A DNA stretch of 64,000 nt from Balanoglossus misakiensis (taxonomy: Eukaryota; Animalia; Hemichordata). How positions within the stretch are numbered: position 1 is the stretch's first letter; every line of letters starts with the position of its first letter. The notes below the pieces were generated by a model. That model worked only from the letters and a program-made list of their open reading frames with translations, did no database searches and was not told the origin of the DNA. Below are positions 27,011 to 39,200 of this stretch, piece after piece. The position numbers were made by a program, and so were the translations under genes. The stretch is from the NCBI GenBank assembly GCA_040954595.2, contig CM082577.2, forward strand, positions 10,379,846 through 10,443,845. Reading direction: 5' to 3'.

Positions 27011-27594
27011 CTATACATTTCCTACGATAATTTAATGAGTGTCGATCGGCGCACGGTTTGTATATACACTTTTTTTTTGGATTTCATTGTTTCGTGTGTG
27101 CGTGGATGTGAGGGTGTGAATTTTATACTAATACATGTTTGCGTTTATGGGTATTTATTCATATAGGTTATAATTCATTCGCAGGCGACCGCGCAGTCTG
27201 CAATGTTTTGAGCATCGCAGTCATCAAATATACAAGAATTTCTAATTACGCCGCAGTGTGACTGGGAGATATGGTCAGGTTTTGTCAGTACGTGCGCGCT
27301 GCAACTTAGTCGATTTCAGAGCGTCTGCGTGCGCGTCTTAATTTTTTTTATCGACGCGTTGGATTTTACCCCCAGTTATGTTTATCGCTGAATTTTTGTC
27401 ATACTCGGATTATCGGGGAAACAATCATTGTTTTGGGTTGCTTCTCAGTTACCAAAGCGTACGCTAGACGATGAAGAAATGGAAAGTGGGTTGGGCTGTG
27501 AACTGCGCATTATAGTGTAGGGGGGCCATTGTAGGTGTTGAGACGCGCTCGGTCGGTTTCACTGTACTGCAGTGCAGAGTGAGTGCCCGAATCT

Positions 27595-27776
27595 TTAAAG
27601 GTATACGGTCACCTATACAAATTTAGCCACAGTTACCATGGTAAATCGAGATCTAACCAATCACAGATTTTCAGTGGGTGGCACACGCGAAAATAAAGCG
27701 TTCTTTAGAACACTCAAATACGCCATTTCAACTATATATGGCGATAAGTAAATTGGAGGTGACCGTATACCTTTAA
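27595..27776. mobile_element. TTAA-flanked MITE (Kolobok-like ends), 174 bp, perfect 16-bp TIR
   Basis: TTAA-AGGTATACGGTCACCT ... AGGTGACCGTATACCT-TTAA. Confidence 0.88.
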
Positions 27777-28974
27777 TATACGTGTAATTCGTTAATTGTC
27801 TCCATAGACGAATGAATCGTCAACTTTTCAGGTCACATCCTGCATTTGAATTTTTACGCGGTAAATATTTGTCAGCTGGTAGTAAATTTGTCCAGTGAGC
27901 TAGCCAGAACAATTTGCGGTTTCAGTTTATAAATAAAAACGGATGTTTTTTCTTTGCTCGAGCATGTTGTATACATCTTACGCACAATATTTACGTTCTG
28001 GAACTTCCCGTGTTAAAATCATCAGTTTTATTCCGCGACGGAGTCATTTTAATGGAGATTTTATGAATTGAGGAAATTTGCCAACATCCGATTTTCTGTC
28101 GTCTTCCTGTAGTGACTGCTGCGTTGACAGTAGTTTGTTTACTTTAGCTGTCACCTCTTGAAACATTAATAATTGGTCAGGTCATTGTGACAAATTTGAC
28201 AGCCAAACATGGCCATGATAAAGCTGATTGATTTGTATGTAAACGCGACAACATTGTCAGATAAATGTGTGAATTGTCAGAGCCTCGGCTTTGCTTATTG
28301 TGAAGTAATTTTTTTTAAATAGATTTTTTTTCTAATCCAAGTGAAAAATTGACATTTTTTTTTTCAAAAGCCTCCTTTATTATATATTATTGATCCTGGG
28401 GAAAGTTAGTCCACATTGTGTTGTTCCCATCAAGGAACAGCCATGTTTCTGGTGACTGCATTTAAAATCTATTGATCTTGCATTAGTGCACAAACAGAAC
28501 AGTGACAGACACGGGAGGGAGAAAAAATAGATCAGGATTTCTATAGGCAAGGCCTTGTAGCTTTTTATTACTGTACATACTACCTAAGTGCTCGCGACGA
28601 TACATCACACTGGTGGTCACAGATAGGAGGGGGCTTTAGCCAATCATTATTACAGACAAAATAAGTTTTCAAATGATATGCGGTCTGTTCTTGGCAAGGG
28701 AATGTTGACCTTCACACCTCGCATGTAAAGGTAATCGAGTTAAGTCAGCGATATCGACATTCTGGTTTCACCGGTCATCAATATAAAGAATTCGATGCAC
28801 AAAGGATTTTGATTTGATGTTTTCTTGCACAAGACCTTGGAGCAAGGGACCCTGGGATTGATTATACTGAACATGTTTTCTGCAAGAAGAGACTGATATC
28901 TTGTGACTAAGGTCAACAAGAGAGTCTGATCTAATGTATGAATGTGCAAGCAAGGGGGGGGGGGAAGAAGAAGA

Positions 28975-29235
28975 AAATATGTATTTGCATATTGATTATC
29001 TATATAGCTATATGTATTCTATATATATATAGATAAGAAATGTAGATAAGACATAAATAAGGAATATATTTGCATATTGATTATCTATATAGCTATGTAT
29101 AAGCCTAGGTATATAGATCAGGAATATAAATAAGAATATATAATAATATATATATTTGCATATTGATTATCTATATAGCTATATATATTAGGTATATAGA
29201 TAAGGAATATATATATATAATATACTGGTACATAT
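28975..29235. repeat. AT-rich tandem repeat, period about 85 bp, 3 units
   Basis: TATTTGCATATTGATTATCTATATAGCTA recurs at 28982, 29067 and 29153. Confidence 0.9.
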
Positions 29236-29617
29236 ATAGTGCCATTGAATTAATTATAACTTGACAAGTTAAAGTCAGTGAGTCCATTAATTTTTTGTAT
29301 AGACTGTCAATTTGATAATGATACTGTGGTCTTAAAGGCTAATTATTGATACAATATTAGAACGGCTGAACAGAGGAATTTTTAATGAATTGCTCATGGA
29401 GTGTGTAATTAATTATGAAGAGTTCCGGAAATGAAATATATTTGCTGCTCTTGTAGATGAGTTGATTTTCTACCAATAATGTGGGTTAGTTGGAAGTGAT
29501 GATTGTTTCACTTTTCCCAAGGGTTTCAGTCTTTCACTCGTTAGCTTTGAAAGGGGTTTGTGACAGTATTGGATGCAATTTTTTCTCCTGAGACAATGAC
29601 TACTGAATTAGTTTTGC

Positions 29618-29829
29618 TTAAGGTAGTATGCAACTTTGGGACAGATTTTCAGAAAAATGATAGTGAAAATAGATATTTGGCCACTTTGAATTCCAAATTT
29701 GCGACAATTTCACACGGTAACCCCTGATTTTCATTCCCAATTTTTTAAGAGAGAATAATCTAACTTTGCAATCTAAATATTATAAGAACAAGTTTAAGAC
29801 TTTTATTTTTGAGGCAAGTACAACCTTAA
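29618..29829 (+). mobile_element. TTAA-flanked Kolobok-like MITE family C, short copy
   Basis: TTAA-GGTAGTATGC ... GCAAGTACAACC-TTAA. It shares GATTTTCAGAAAAATGATA and TTAAGACTTTTATTTTT with the 30209 copy. Confidence 0.75.
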
Positions 29830-30208
29830 AATTGACAATATTAACAATTAAATGTAATAATATTTTAATATAGCTAGATAAATATATATAATATTCTTAG
29901 GATTAAATATATTGTAGAATTGATGAAAGATATATTTAACATGATGACATGTTTAAAAATTGACTGCTTTATCTGAATTTAAAAAAATAATTAAAAGAGA
30001 AGAATTGACCTATAAGGCTATATGTGTGAATATTTTAAAATGCATCATTTTAGGAATTTACCTTTTATTAATAGCTGTTACTTTTGACTTTTGTATCAAC
30101 TGTAGTTTCTTGTTTGAATCCCTAAAGGATGATGAAATGTCAAATATCTAACCTGTCAACTGAGCACATGTGCAAAGTCATCATCATTTTTATTGTTGAA
30201 AATTGAAT

Positions 30209-30567
30209 TTAAGGTAGTGAGTACCTCAGGGACTGATTTTCAGAAAAATGATAATCCTCCAAATCTTTTGATTCAGTGCTATCTTGAAGTATGTGAGGAG
30301 TCTTTTTCAAAACAAAGAAGAAAACGGGGTGTTCACAGTCTTGTTTTGATAAAAAAAAAATAATTTAAATTTGCGCCATAGAGTTTACACAGACATTGGC
30401 GGCCATTTTGAATTTCAAATTTGAGACAGTTTTGTCACTCATTCAGAATCATCCATGTTGATCCCTAAGTTTTATTCTCAAATTTGAGAGGAAATAATCT
30501 AAAGTTGTCTTGAGCAAAATATGAAAAAAAATTAAGACTTTATTTTTTGAGGTGCCTACTACCTTAA
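30209..30567 (+). mobile_element. TTAA-flanked Kolobok-like MITE family C, longer copy
   Basis: TTAA-GGTAGTGAGTACCTCA ... TGAGGTGCCTACTACC-TTAA. It contains GGCGGCCATTTTGAATTTCAAAT. Confidence 0.8.
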
Positions 30568-33529
30568 TGGCTGTAAAACAGGGTATTGTCAACCAGTTTT
30601 ACTGTAGAACGAGAAATTCTAGGTATTAAAAATCCAGAAAAACACAAATTTAATGTCCTTTCAATATTTAAACTGATTCAACAGTATTTTTATTATGGGT
30701 GTATGTTATAAATAATTGTGTACAGCAATGTAACGCTGCAGCTTGAAGCTGATGCATGTTTTATCAAAGAACAAGCTGCGAAATCCACACGTCATTATAG
30801 ATTCTTCCCAGCAAGAGACAATATTTTTGAAAAAAATTGCCGTGCGCCAGTATATTGCCAATCAGCATGAAACATTGTACACTTATCGCTTTGAGTGCTT
30901 TATTAACTTCTCCTGTGTTTTTTTTCTTGCCTTGTTGTCTCCATGGCAACCGTAATATTATGATAACTCCCGAGGTTAAATAGCGAAAGTAGAAAAATAT
31001 TTGGTGTATTTTTTACTCAAAGCGTCGGCGATGAATGTGATGACGGCAACTATAAGAATAGGATCAGAATTGATAATTCCTTTACTGATGTTGTGCATTT
31101 GACGATGCCATGGAATCATATTACATGTACTATATTCAAGTAAATCTGATTGTTAATGTCACGTTGAAAAATTATAGCAATTTAAATACATGCAATTGTG
31201 GTGCCTCTGCTGTCCCCCCCAAAACAACAACAACAACAACAACAACTACCTAACAAAACAAAACAAAACAAAAAAACAAAACATTTCCTTGTCTGCAGGG
31301 CCATCAGAACCACAGTGGTGAGAGAAAAACATATGGTGGTGTGTTTAACAGATCAGAAGTGTGAATTTCATTCCCTTCGATGCTGATTGTGGGCGATTAA
31401 AAAATCATTAGAAAAAAATTTGCATGTGTTAAAGATGTCTGCCTATGTTCTATTCCGTGATTATTTCCTTGTCTGTTTGTGCTTGCGATGTGGATTTGAT
31501 GACTTGTCAGTTCGACAATGACATGCACATGTGGAGCGGTCGACGAGCAGACTGCTTTTGTCGTACTTTTGTGAAAATCTTCAATCCTTGTTGCATAGGT
31601 TCATGCATATACTGTTTCCCATGGGAGGGAAAACTAGAAATTATGAAATTGCATATGAAATCACGTGGAATGATTTTTGCAGACAAAAATCAGTTGTCTG
31701 CCGCACATATCCGAGCCAACTGATTTGTATGCATTATGCATGTGGAATGTCTGGACAATGGGCTCATATCTGCATATGATGTGTAATAAAAAATGTTTGC
31801 ATAATGAGGCATCATTACGTTATTGTCTGGTGATGAAACGTTGTCAGAACAAGTCAACGGCACGTTCCGTTTTTCTAACTGTAAAAGTGATGGGGAAAAT
31901 TTGTTTAAAATGATCCGTCACAGAAGAATCTATGATACGAGATGTAATTATTCATATGTAAATATGTACCGGGTGGCGGGACCATTCGCCGCTTTTGTTC
32001 AAGACCAGTTGCACAGTGACTGGGTCGTAGGTTGAAAATAGATGTGCGGTATATACATGTACCAGCAACTTTTTGAATGGCAAAACAATTTTCAGACTTT
32101 TACGCTTATTTTGTGTATAAAGTGAGGCCTTCCCTTTCAAAACATTGCTGGCAGAGAGACGGCAGAACCCAGTGACAACAGTTTCGTTATTATTAGTACC
32201 GTTCGCAATGAATTTTAATCTCTGTGAAATTGCCTCAAAAGAGAAGTGCCGAGAGGGAGCCAGCTGGCGCGTATCTCTTTCCAATTGTCGGCAGCCGGAA
32301 CAATGACACATGTTATGAAACGTTACATGGTTTGTGTATCATGTCATCGGGGGGAAAAAAATTCGGAAAATGTACGTGACACGCATGCAGATAACAGACA
32401 CTTGCATCACGATCCCGCGTTCCGAAGCTGGGAGTGGAAATGCGATCGAGTTGAAATTATTTCATTGTCGTCGTCTGTGTTATTTTCACTGTATATCAAA
32501 GAAACTACTTGTATGACAAGTATATGAACAAACAGGGGATAAATTTGAATTAAAATGGACGAGGTGAGCCGGAAAGTTCACTTGCGCTTGTAGGTTGGTT
32601 CTGTATCACTGGTTGAACAAAAACAGAGGGGAGGGGGTGTCTGGGGGGGAGGGGGGGGGGCATCAGTAGGGGGTATTACCAGTACACCTTTTTTCTGTGG
32701 CCTGAAAAAACCCTGTTTACACACAAGGCTCAGTGAACGTGAATAGGCAACTTAGGCGTCCACCCGAGCATGTCTCATAAATCAGTCAGTATTGCCAGCC
32801 GGCAGGTTTCACTGTTGATGTGAGCTGATGCAGTAGTGACTATTTTGTAAGGCTTAGTTCCCCCCCCCCCCCTGAAGGTTGTGTTAAATAAATTTCGAAA
32901 ACCTTGAAAGTCCAGTCAGCAATTCGCTCAGATTATCTGGTGACTTTGGGACTGTTTGTTGCCATGGATACCAGATGGTAGCACTCTTTAAGCGACGATG
33001 TATGGGTACGTAATGTCAAAATCAGGTTTTTATGATGTGAAGACGGGGAAAGAGGGATTTACGTGCAGGGCTGAAGTAACATCGGTAAAATGAACCCAAA
33101 AGGTTAAAATTACGGCTATAATTGGTAAAAATATAAAGCTATTAATACCAGCCTCGCCGAGCTCAGGGGACGGATGCCTGCCCCAGTTTTATTATCGGAG
33201 GCAGATACTCGAAGAAAACAACATTCTTTCGTGGTCATTATACCACATAATCTGATACGCAAGACTTGCTTGTACAACAACCGACAGTTTTTGATCTGAT
33301 GACGTAGATTGTTCTATAAAAAAACCTCCCGCTCCATCCTGTCGGTGTTTTCTTTTGAGGGAGCGAGGCTATTTTGGAGGCCAGAAACTTCCTTGGAATG
33401 CACTGACTGGGCTGTAAAATACACTTGAAGGACAGTGTGAGGAAGTTGTCATTCATTGTTTTAAAAATGGACGCAGCTGTGTTATGGCATTGGGAAAAGT
33501 TTAATTCTGAAGTTTGGTGCAGACTGAGA

Positions 33530-33702
33530 TACTGTACAACGGGAAATTTTTTGACAGTAAATTTTTTCGTGATATCAATAGCGACGACTATTTTGCAATG
33601 ATTAATTTTGATGTTCTCTTTATCTCCGAATAACATTCTATTGTACACATTGTTCTTTATTTTGACTCTCACAAAGATCATGAAAATTTATCACTGACAG
33701 TA
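33530..33702 (-). mobile_element. MITE family A, strongly diverged copy
   Basis: It starts TA-CTGTACAACGGGAAATTTT and ends ACAG-TA. The interior (GATATCAA...ATTAATTTTG...GTTCTC) resembles the 36113 copy. Confidence 0.55.
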
Positions 33703-33859
33703 ATTTGGAAGGGCCCAAGGACAACAAATAATAGTTTGGGTTTGCTTCTACCAATGGGGAGGATTTCTGACGAAACATATGTTGTGCGGACCCAAGGGCA
33801 AGGTTGCGACGCTCAATAATGGTTTACTAATCAAAAGTATTCTTTGGTGATGTTCAGAG

Positions 33860-34024
33860 TACAGTAAAACCTGTCTAAACTGAACATGAAGGGGACCAGA
33901 AGAAATTGTGTCCGGTTTATGGAGGTTCTTTTAACATGTGGTTCTGTGTCAAAGGGACTGGAAAATGTGTTTGGTGTAGACAGGTTTCCAGATAAGACAG
34001 GGTTCAGTTTAGGCAGGTTTTACT
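33860..34024 (+). mobile_element. MITE family B (pogo/Tigger-like CAGT ends)
   Basis: TA-CAGTAAAACCTGTCTAAACTGAAC ... GTTCAGTTTAGGCAGGTTTTACT. A second copy lies at 42931. Confidence 0.82.
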
Positions 34025-36112
34025 AAAAAGATGGCTCTGCTCAACTTTCTGATTCTTTGGATGAATGGCAAGGATTTTTTCATGAATGGCGTCGATGAAT
34101 GATCCGGGCGAGAGTTTCCTGTCGGCCAGAGTTTGTCTTGCCGGCCTGTCGTCATGCATACAAGACAAATAATTTGATGGTGCGTCTCAGTTACACTCCC
34201 TTCCACGTTCTTAATCTGTTTTTGTCCCTGGGTCATGCATACCTCGGCTATTTATAGTGTCTAAAGAGACAAATGTCAGAGCAGTTCTATTTTTTCTCTC
34301 TCTCTCTCTCTCTGCGCAAGTGGTAACAGTCATCTCTGGGGGATGTTGCTCTGTTTGGCCGTAATGATTGGTGGGGGGGGAGGGGGAGGGGCGTTATTGG
34401 TACGAGGGGGATCGGACAGAAACTCATTGAATTTCTGGTGGGTGTATTTGACTCTGTGTCTCGTACTAGCAGGAGATGATGATGGTGGTTGTAATGATGG
34501 TGGTGGCGATGATGATGATGATGATGACGCTGTGCCGTGAACTATCATTCTGCAGTTTGTGACGACGCAATTTATGAAATTCCATTCAGGAAGGTCGATA
34601 TACAGCGTTGGACGGGGGGTGCTAAGTTCAAGGCAGTTTATCCCCATTGATCGGTCCTGGATATCGATTTCGCAAGTCACAATCCTTCTTCTTGTAATTA
34701 CAATCTTCTACAAGCGGCAGACATAACAATCACAGACCTGGTCTGCTTATAACAGAATCATCACACCCAGAATAACTGGAAATTGCCACTGAGAATAATA
34801 ATGTTTTTTCATCCATTTCGGTAAACTTCTGGTCTTGCTTGGAGCCAGTCGTTTAAGCCAATGACGTCAGTTCATTAGCAAAGGGTCATTGTGTCCAATT
34901 ATCAGATCAATCAATGTCCATAATAAACTGGATATAAATATAGACATTATGATGCGAGTCGATATTGTTCGGTCACTTTTGACATTTGGTGGGTAATTTT
35001 TTTCCATTTCTGTGTCACACAACGCTGATCACAGCCAATTAACACAGTGAAGCTGTAGAAATTGTCGGCTAATAAGTATTTTTTTGTAATTTTCAATCTG
35101 ATGAATTTCAGTAGGGGAAGAACCTTAAAAGTCCAAAAGAGATTAAGAGCTTTGTACAGGCAGACTATTATAACATAAGGAAATTACAGAGAGAGATATA
35201 TATGTATAAGCTACATTAACTTGGTGATGTCAAACATTTCTTTTTTGTGATACTTAACTAAAAGTGAACAAATTTATTGGTCATGCAACTTGTCTGGTTT
35301 TGAGAAGATTCTCTGTCGTTTATGAAATTCTAACAATATCCAGAATACCACTGATTGAATTGAATGGTCTCCACACTGCAGGTTGGGTGTCAGTGGCTTA
35401 AACATGTGGAGTGATTGAACCTGTTCGGTCGCTTCCTGACTATCGGTAAATTTTCCCGTTGTCGAGATGCTTATGTAAAATCTCCATCTGGAGTAGGGCA
35501 AGCTCCGGTGCAGCTCCGGCTTGCCTTGTCTGAAGTGCCGGTTTAAAGTACGGGATAACAAGGAACCGTGATAAATGGGGAAGGGACGACAACATCAGGC
35601 AATCATTCAAAGTTCGTCCAGTTTATACACGAAAAAATAGTTACCCCAGGATATTCAAATAAACAAGCCACATACTGAAGGAGAGAATAAATTATTGGTG
35701 GAAGAGGTTTGTATTGATATTGACAATGACTGTAGATTTTAAACAGTTGTTTTCAAAAGATTGTGGTTTTCTGTTTTCGAGTGTGATCAATCAGTGAGCT
35801 GTATGGAGTATAGGGATGTTTAGAAATCCCACCATCGAGATGTGCATGCGTATTGGATGGCTTATGCACCAGCTTGTCAAACATGGCCATTACATTGTAC
35901 AGATGGTTCCCTTTATTTCTGTCGCCGCGACAATGCACTGCCATTTCGTTTAGTCTCTCTTTAAAAATCGCAAAAACAAAGCAACAAAAAAAATCCCTGT
36001 CTTTATAAACTATAAATAATGACCTTGCGGTGTGGCTTTGTTTTTATTGCGTCAAGCAGATTTCGCTGCGTGGAATTTTGCATTTCAGAAGTTGACTCAC
36101 TGTCTGTGTACA

Positions 36113-36299
36113 TACTGTAAAACAGGTTATTTTCGTGACAGGATATTTTCGCGATATCAAAAGTGGCAACTGTTACGCGAGGATTAATTTTCGCGTTCTC
36201 GTATTTCACTGCATCTGTATCTCCCAAAAACATTTTTACGCGACTATTTTTATTTTCAAGTTTTTTTGGCTCTCGCGAAAAATAACCCGTTTTACAGTA
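36113..36299 (-). mobile_element. MITE family A, copy
   Basis: TA-CTGTAAAACAGGTTATTTTCG ... CGAAAAATAACCCGTTTTACAG-TA. The interior is clearly homologous to the 12752 copy. Confidence 0.88.
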
Positions 36300-39200
36300 T
36301 CTGCCAGCCGCCACGCTTTCATCAGGCTTTCAGCGTTTGAATGCCGTTGTAGATAAGAACCCGAGATTGGATGTTGATCCATCATCGATGATGACACCGA
36401 GTATTGTGTCGTTAACGGGAAGGACCTGGTTATTAAAACGTCATCGATCACCAATGACGACGGACGGATGAATCTCATTGTGTTGAATTTGATCGGGGAA
36501 TTAATAATATCCGCGAGCTGCTAATGAACAGTGGCGCGTGACAGATTTGCATTTAGCGAGGAATTATTTGGACAATGGCGACTGTAATTTCGGTGTCTGA
36601 GTTTGCAGAAATTTATTTCTAAGCAAACAGTTTGTCTTGTGTACCTCATGTACCGGTGTATGTATATATGAAGCAGTCTGATTACAGGGTGTTCTAACTT
36701 CCTGTCTGATGGTATCATGGCAAAATATTATTTCCACTATATTTTCAGGTTTTCCAGATATAAATAAATCTTATCGGTAATATTTTATACTCGTGCAACA
36801 TCATTGCATGACCAAGTAAAAAATTAATAGGATAAAGAGAGATTATTTAATTTTTTGCATTTGTTTTTATTAATGCCGTGAGATTCTCAAAATCAGTTGT
36901 CCCGCTTTCATTTTTGCATATATAATTTAACAGAATTATGACATTTGTGAAACAGACTCGGACCGGGGAGCTTTTGGTCCTAATACTTGATATTCAAATA
37001 ACTCTTCGTCGTAAAAATTTCAGACATGACTACAGATGTTCACTACAAGGCGCATCCTGCCGTAAATAATTGGAAGATCGTTTTTCCTGACCCCACCTTT
37101 CATCGCGCAGACATTAATAGCGGTCGGGCAAGAATTTTCATGTCGGGACGTGTGCCTTGCTACATGTGTTGCTGTCAACTTTGTCGTTTTTACACCCGGT
37201 GGTATTTTCAAATGACGTGGTGTAATATCTGCAGCCTGTCACCTTTATGAATAAAAAAGGCGAAACGCGTATGAGAGCAGCGAGTTCAAGAGACAAAGTT
37301 TGCGACACCAGGGGCAGTGGAAGTGATCTTTCTAAGAAACCTGAGATAGATTGTTGCTTCATTTTGAAATTATTTGACCATTTCACTTTTTTTGCAACTT
37401 GTGGTATTTCCCACTGCAGAACAATTAATTTATATTGGGTCCCCCGCCAAGTTGCCATGTTTGTGCTGCATAGCAAGATAATTGGTTGAAGAAGGGCGGG
37501 TGGGGGTGGTAAAATTCCTGCATGGGGGAGATGGACATTTTTGGCGAGATATTCTGAATAATTATAATTATAATAAGTCAGGAAGAACCACACAATATGA
37601 TATAAAAATATAATGTTCCAGCTTTTCTTCAGGATGATTTGCATTTTGTGTTGAACTTAAAATGTTTGATGTTATTGTGTAGTATGTGTACTGGTACCAC
37701 CAGAATGCCTGTCTTAGAAATCAGCGATGAAGTCTTAAAAAAACTTGCTAAGAAATCACGAAAGCAAATTTGCAACTGACAGTCAAACAATACCCGAGAA
37801 GCCAAAATTAGCCAAGAAGAAGATAACCTTAGGTATTTATGAGTTTAAAGCAGTATTTATTTTGAAATATTGGCTCATAAACTCTCCCCTGTAAAAATTC
37901 CAGATTTGCGATTGATGGGATGATTAAAAAGAAGTGCTTGGCAGAGATCCCGGCCATCTGTTCATTGGGATGGGATTATTAGACAAGAATTGTGGCATTG
38001 ATGAAAAATGGGCATGCATCGACAAAATATATTTCAATGCCGTCGAAATAGTTCCTCGATTTCAGATGTCAGATTTGCATGTTTTGCAGTGTGTGACCTG
38101 TATCTTAGCTGCTGTGCTCATTTTGCAATGTGTTGCATCTTTCAGCTCATGATTCTTATTTAGAAACTGCGTGTTGTAATCAGGAAGTCCCTTGGGGACC
38201 TCTGATGATGTCATGCGTCCAGGTGTTTAGTGAGAGCCTGATGAGATGTGGTTTGCCACCACCCACTAGTTTAATAATGAGCTCATTCATGGCTTGTAGT
38301 CTTTTTCTCGTCTGGCCCTGACAAGACAACTAATTGTGGCCTTGATCGGCTAATAACCTTGTTACTAAAGAGAGAGAGAGGAAGTCTTTGGATGGAAACT
38401 GATGTGGTTTGGAATAATGTTTTCAGAATAGTAACATGTGTGTACGTGTATACATGTATGTATAGCCACCAGTATTTGCATCTGTATTTTGTCTGCATAC
38501 AACTGCAGATCATCCTTAATTATCTTTGAAGGACGGAAAAGAGTCTTTTAAACATAGGAGTCCCATACAAAAATTAAGGGCCTTGGAAAGGCATTGTGGT
38601 ATTCCAGGCTGGATGAGAATTAAATCGTAGATAGGTTTCACTGTACATGCAAATAATACCTATAAATCTAAGCTGTCACAGAAGTTCAAATCTAATCATA
38701 ATTTGGAGGTTGTGGGCGTCAATTTCAGCTGCAATATTATGCTGTTTAATGCACAAAATCTGAAATGTACTTGGTCAAGTTTTTTTTGTACAATAATTCT
38801 GCTTTGGCCGCTGCCTTAATTTGCAGAGCAGTTTTATTAATGCACTACATCATACATATAAAAAGAAATCAAAATTTGTTGAAAATTTGAAGAAAAAATG
38901 CCAAAGGCTCTGTGAAAGTGATTGCAAAGCTGTGTTGTTCAAACACATGTCTGGCTGTACGTGTTGCATTGCTACAAAAGTATCACCCTCCACCACTGTG
39001 CTCTCTGTTCCAGATACTATCTTAGTACCTGACGTGAATGAATAAATGGTTGCAAAAATATAAATGGACTGCTGTGTGTTGTATGTATCGTTCTCTTAAC
39101 ACAAGTATGTGTATGTTTCATAATCAATATTTAATAATGATTGGCGTTTACACGCTGGTCCATTATGAGACATTTATACTGCTTTGCGGTCGTTAAAGTG

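Noticed and set aside
26521-27018. 165-aa minus-strand ORF and other ORFs overlapping Cav3 exon 1
   Set aside because: These are shadow ORFs of a GC-rich coding exon and show no recognisable protein features.
28975-29235. Three 29-bp repeats with spacers, superficially CRISPR-like
   Set aside because: The spacers are related AT-rich low-complexity sequence, the context is eukaryotic and there are no cas genes. It is an ordinary tandem repeat.
33238-37644. Longer intronic ORFs (147 aa at 33238 and 168 aa at 37138, both minus strand)
   Set aside because: They have no recognisable domain or coding-like composition, and the first overlaps a degraded MITE.
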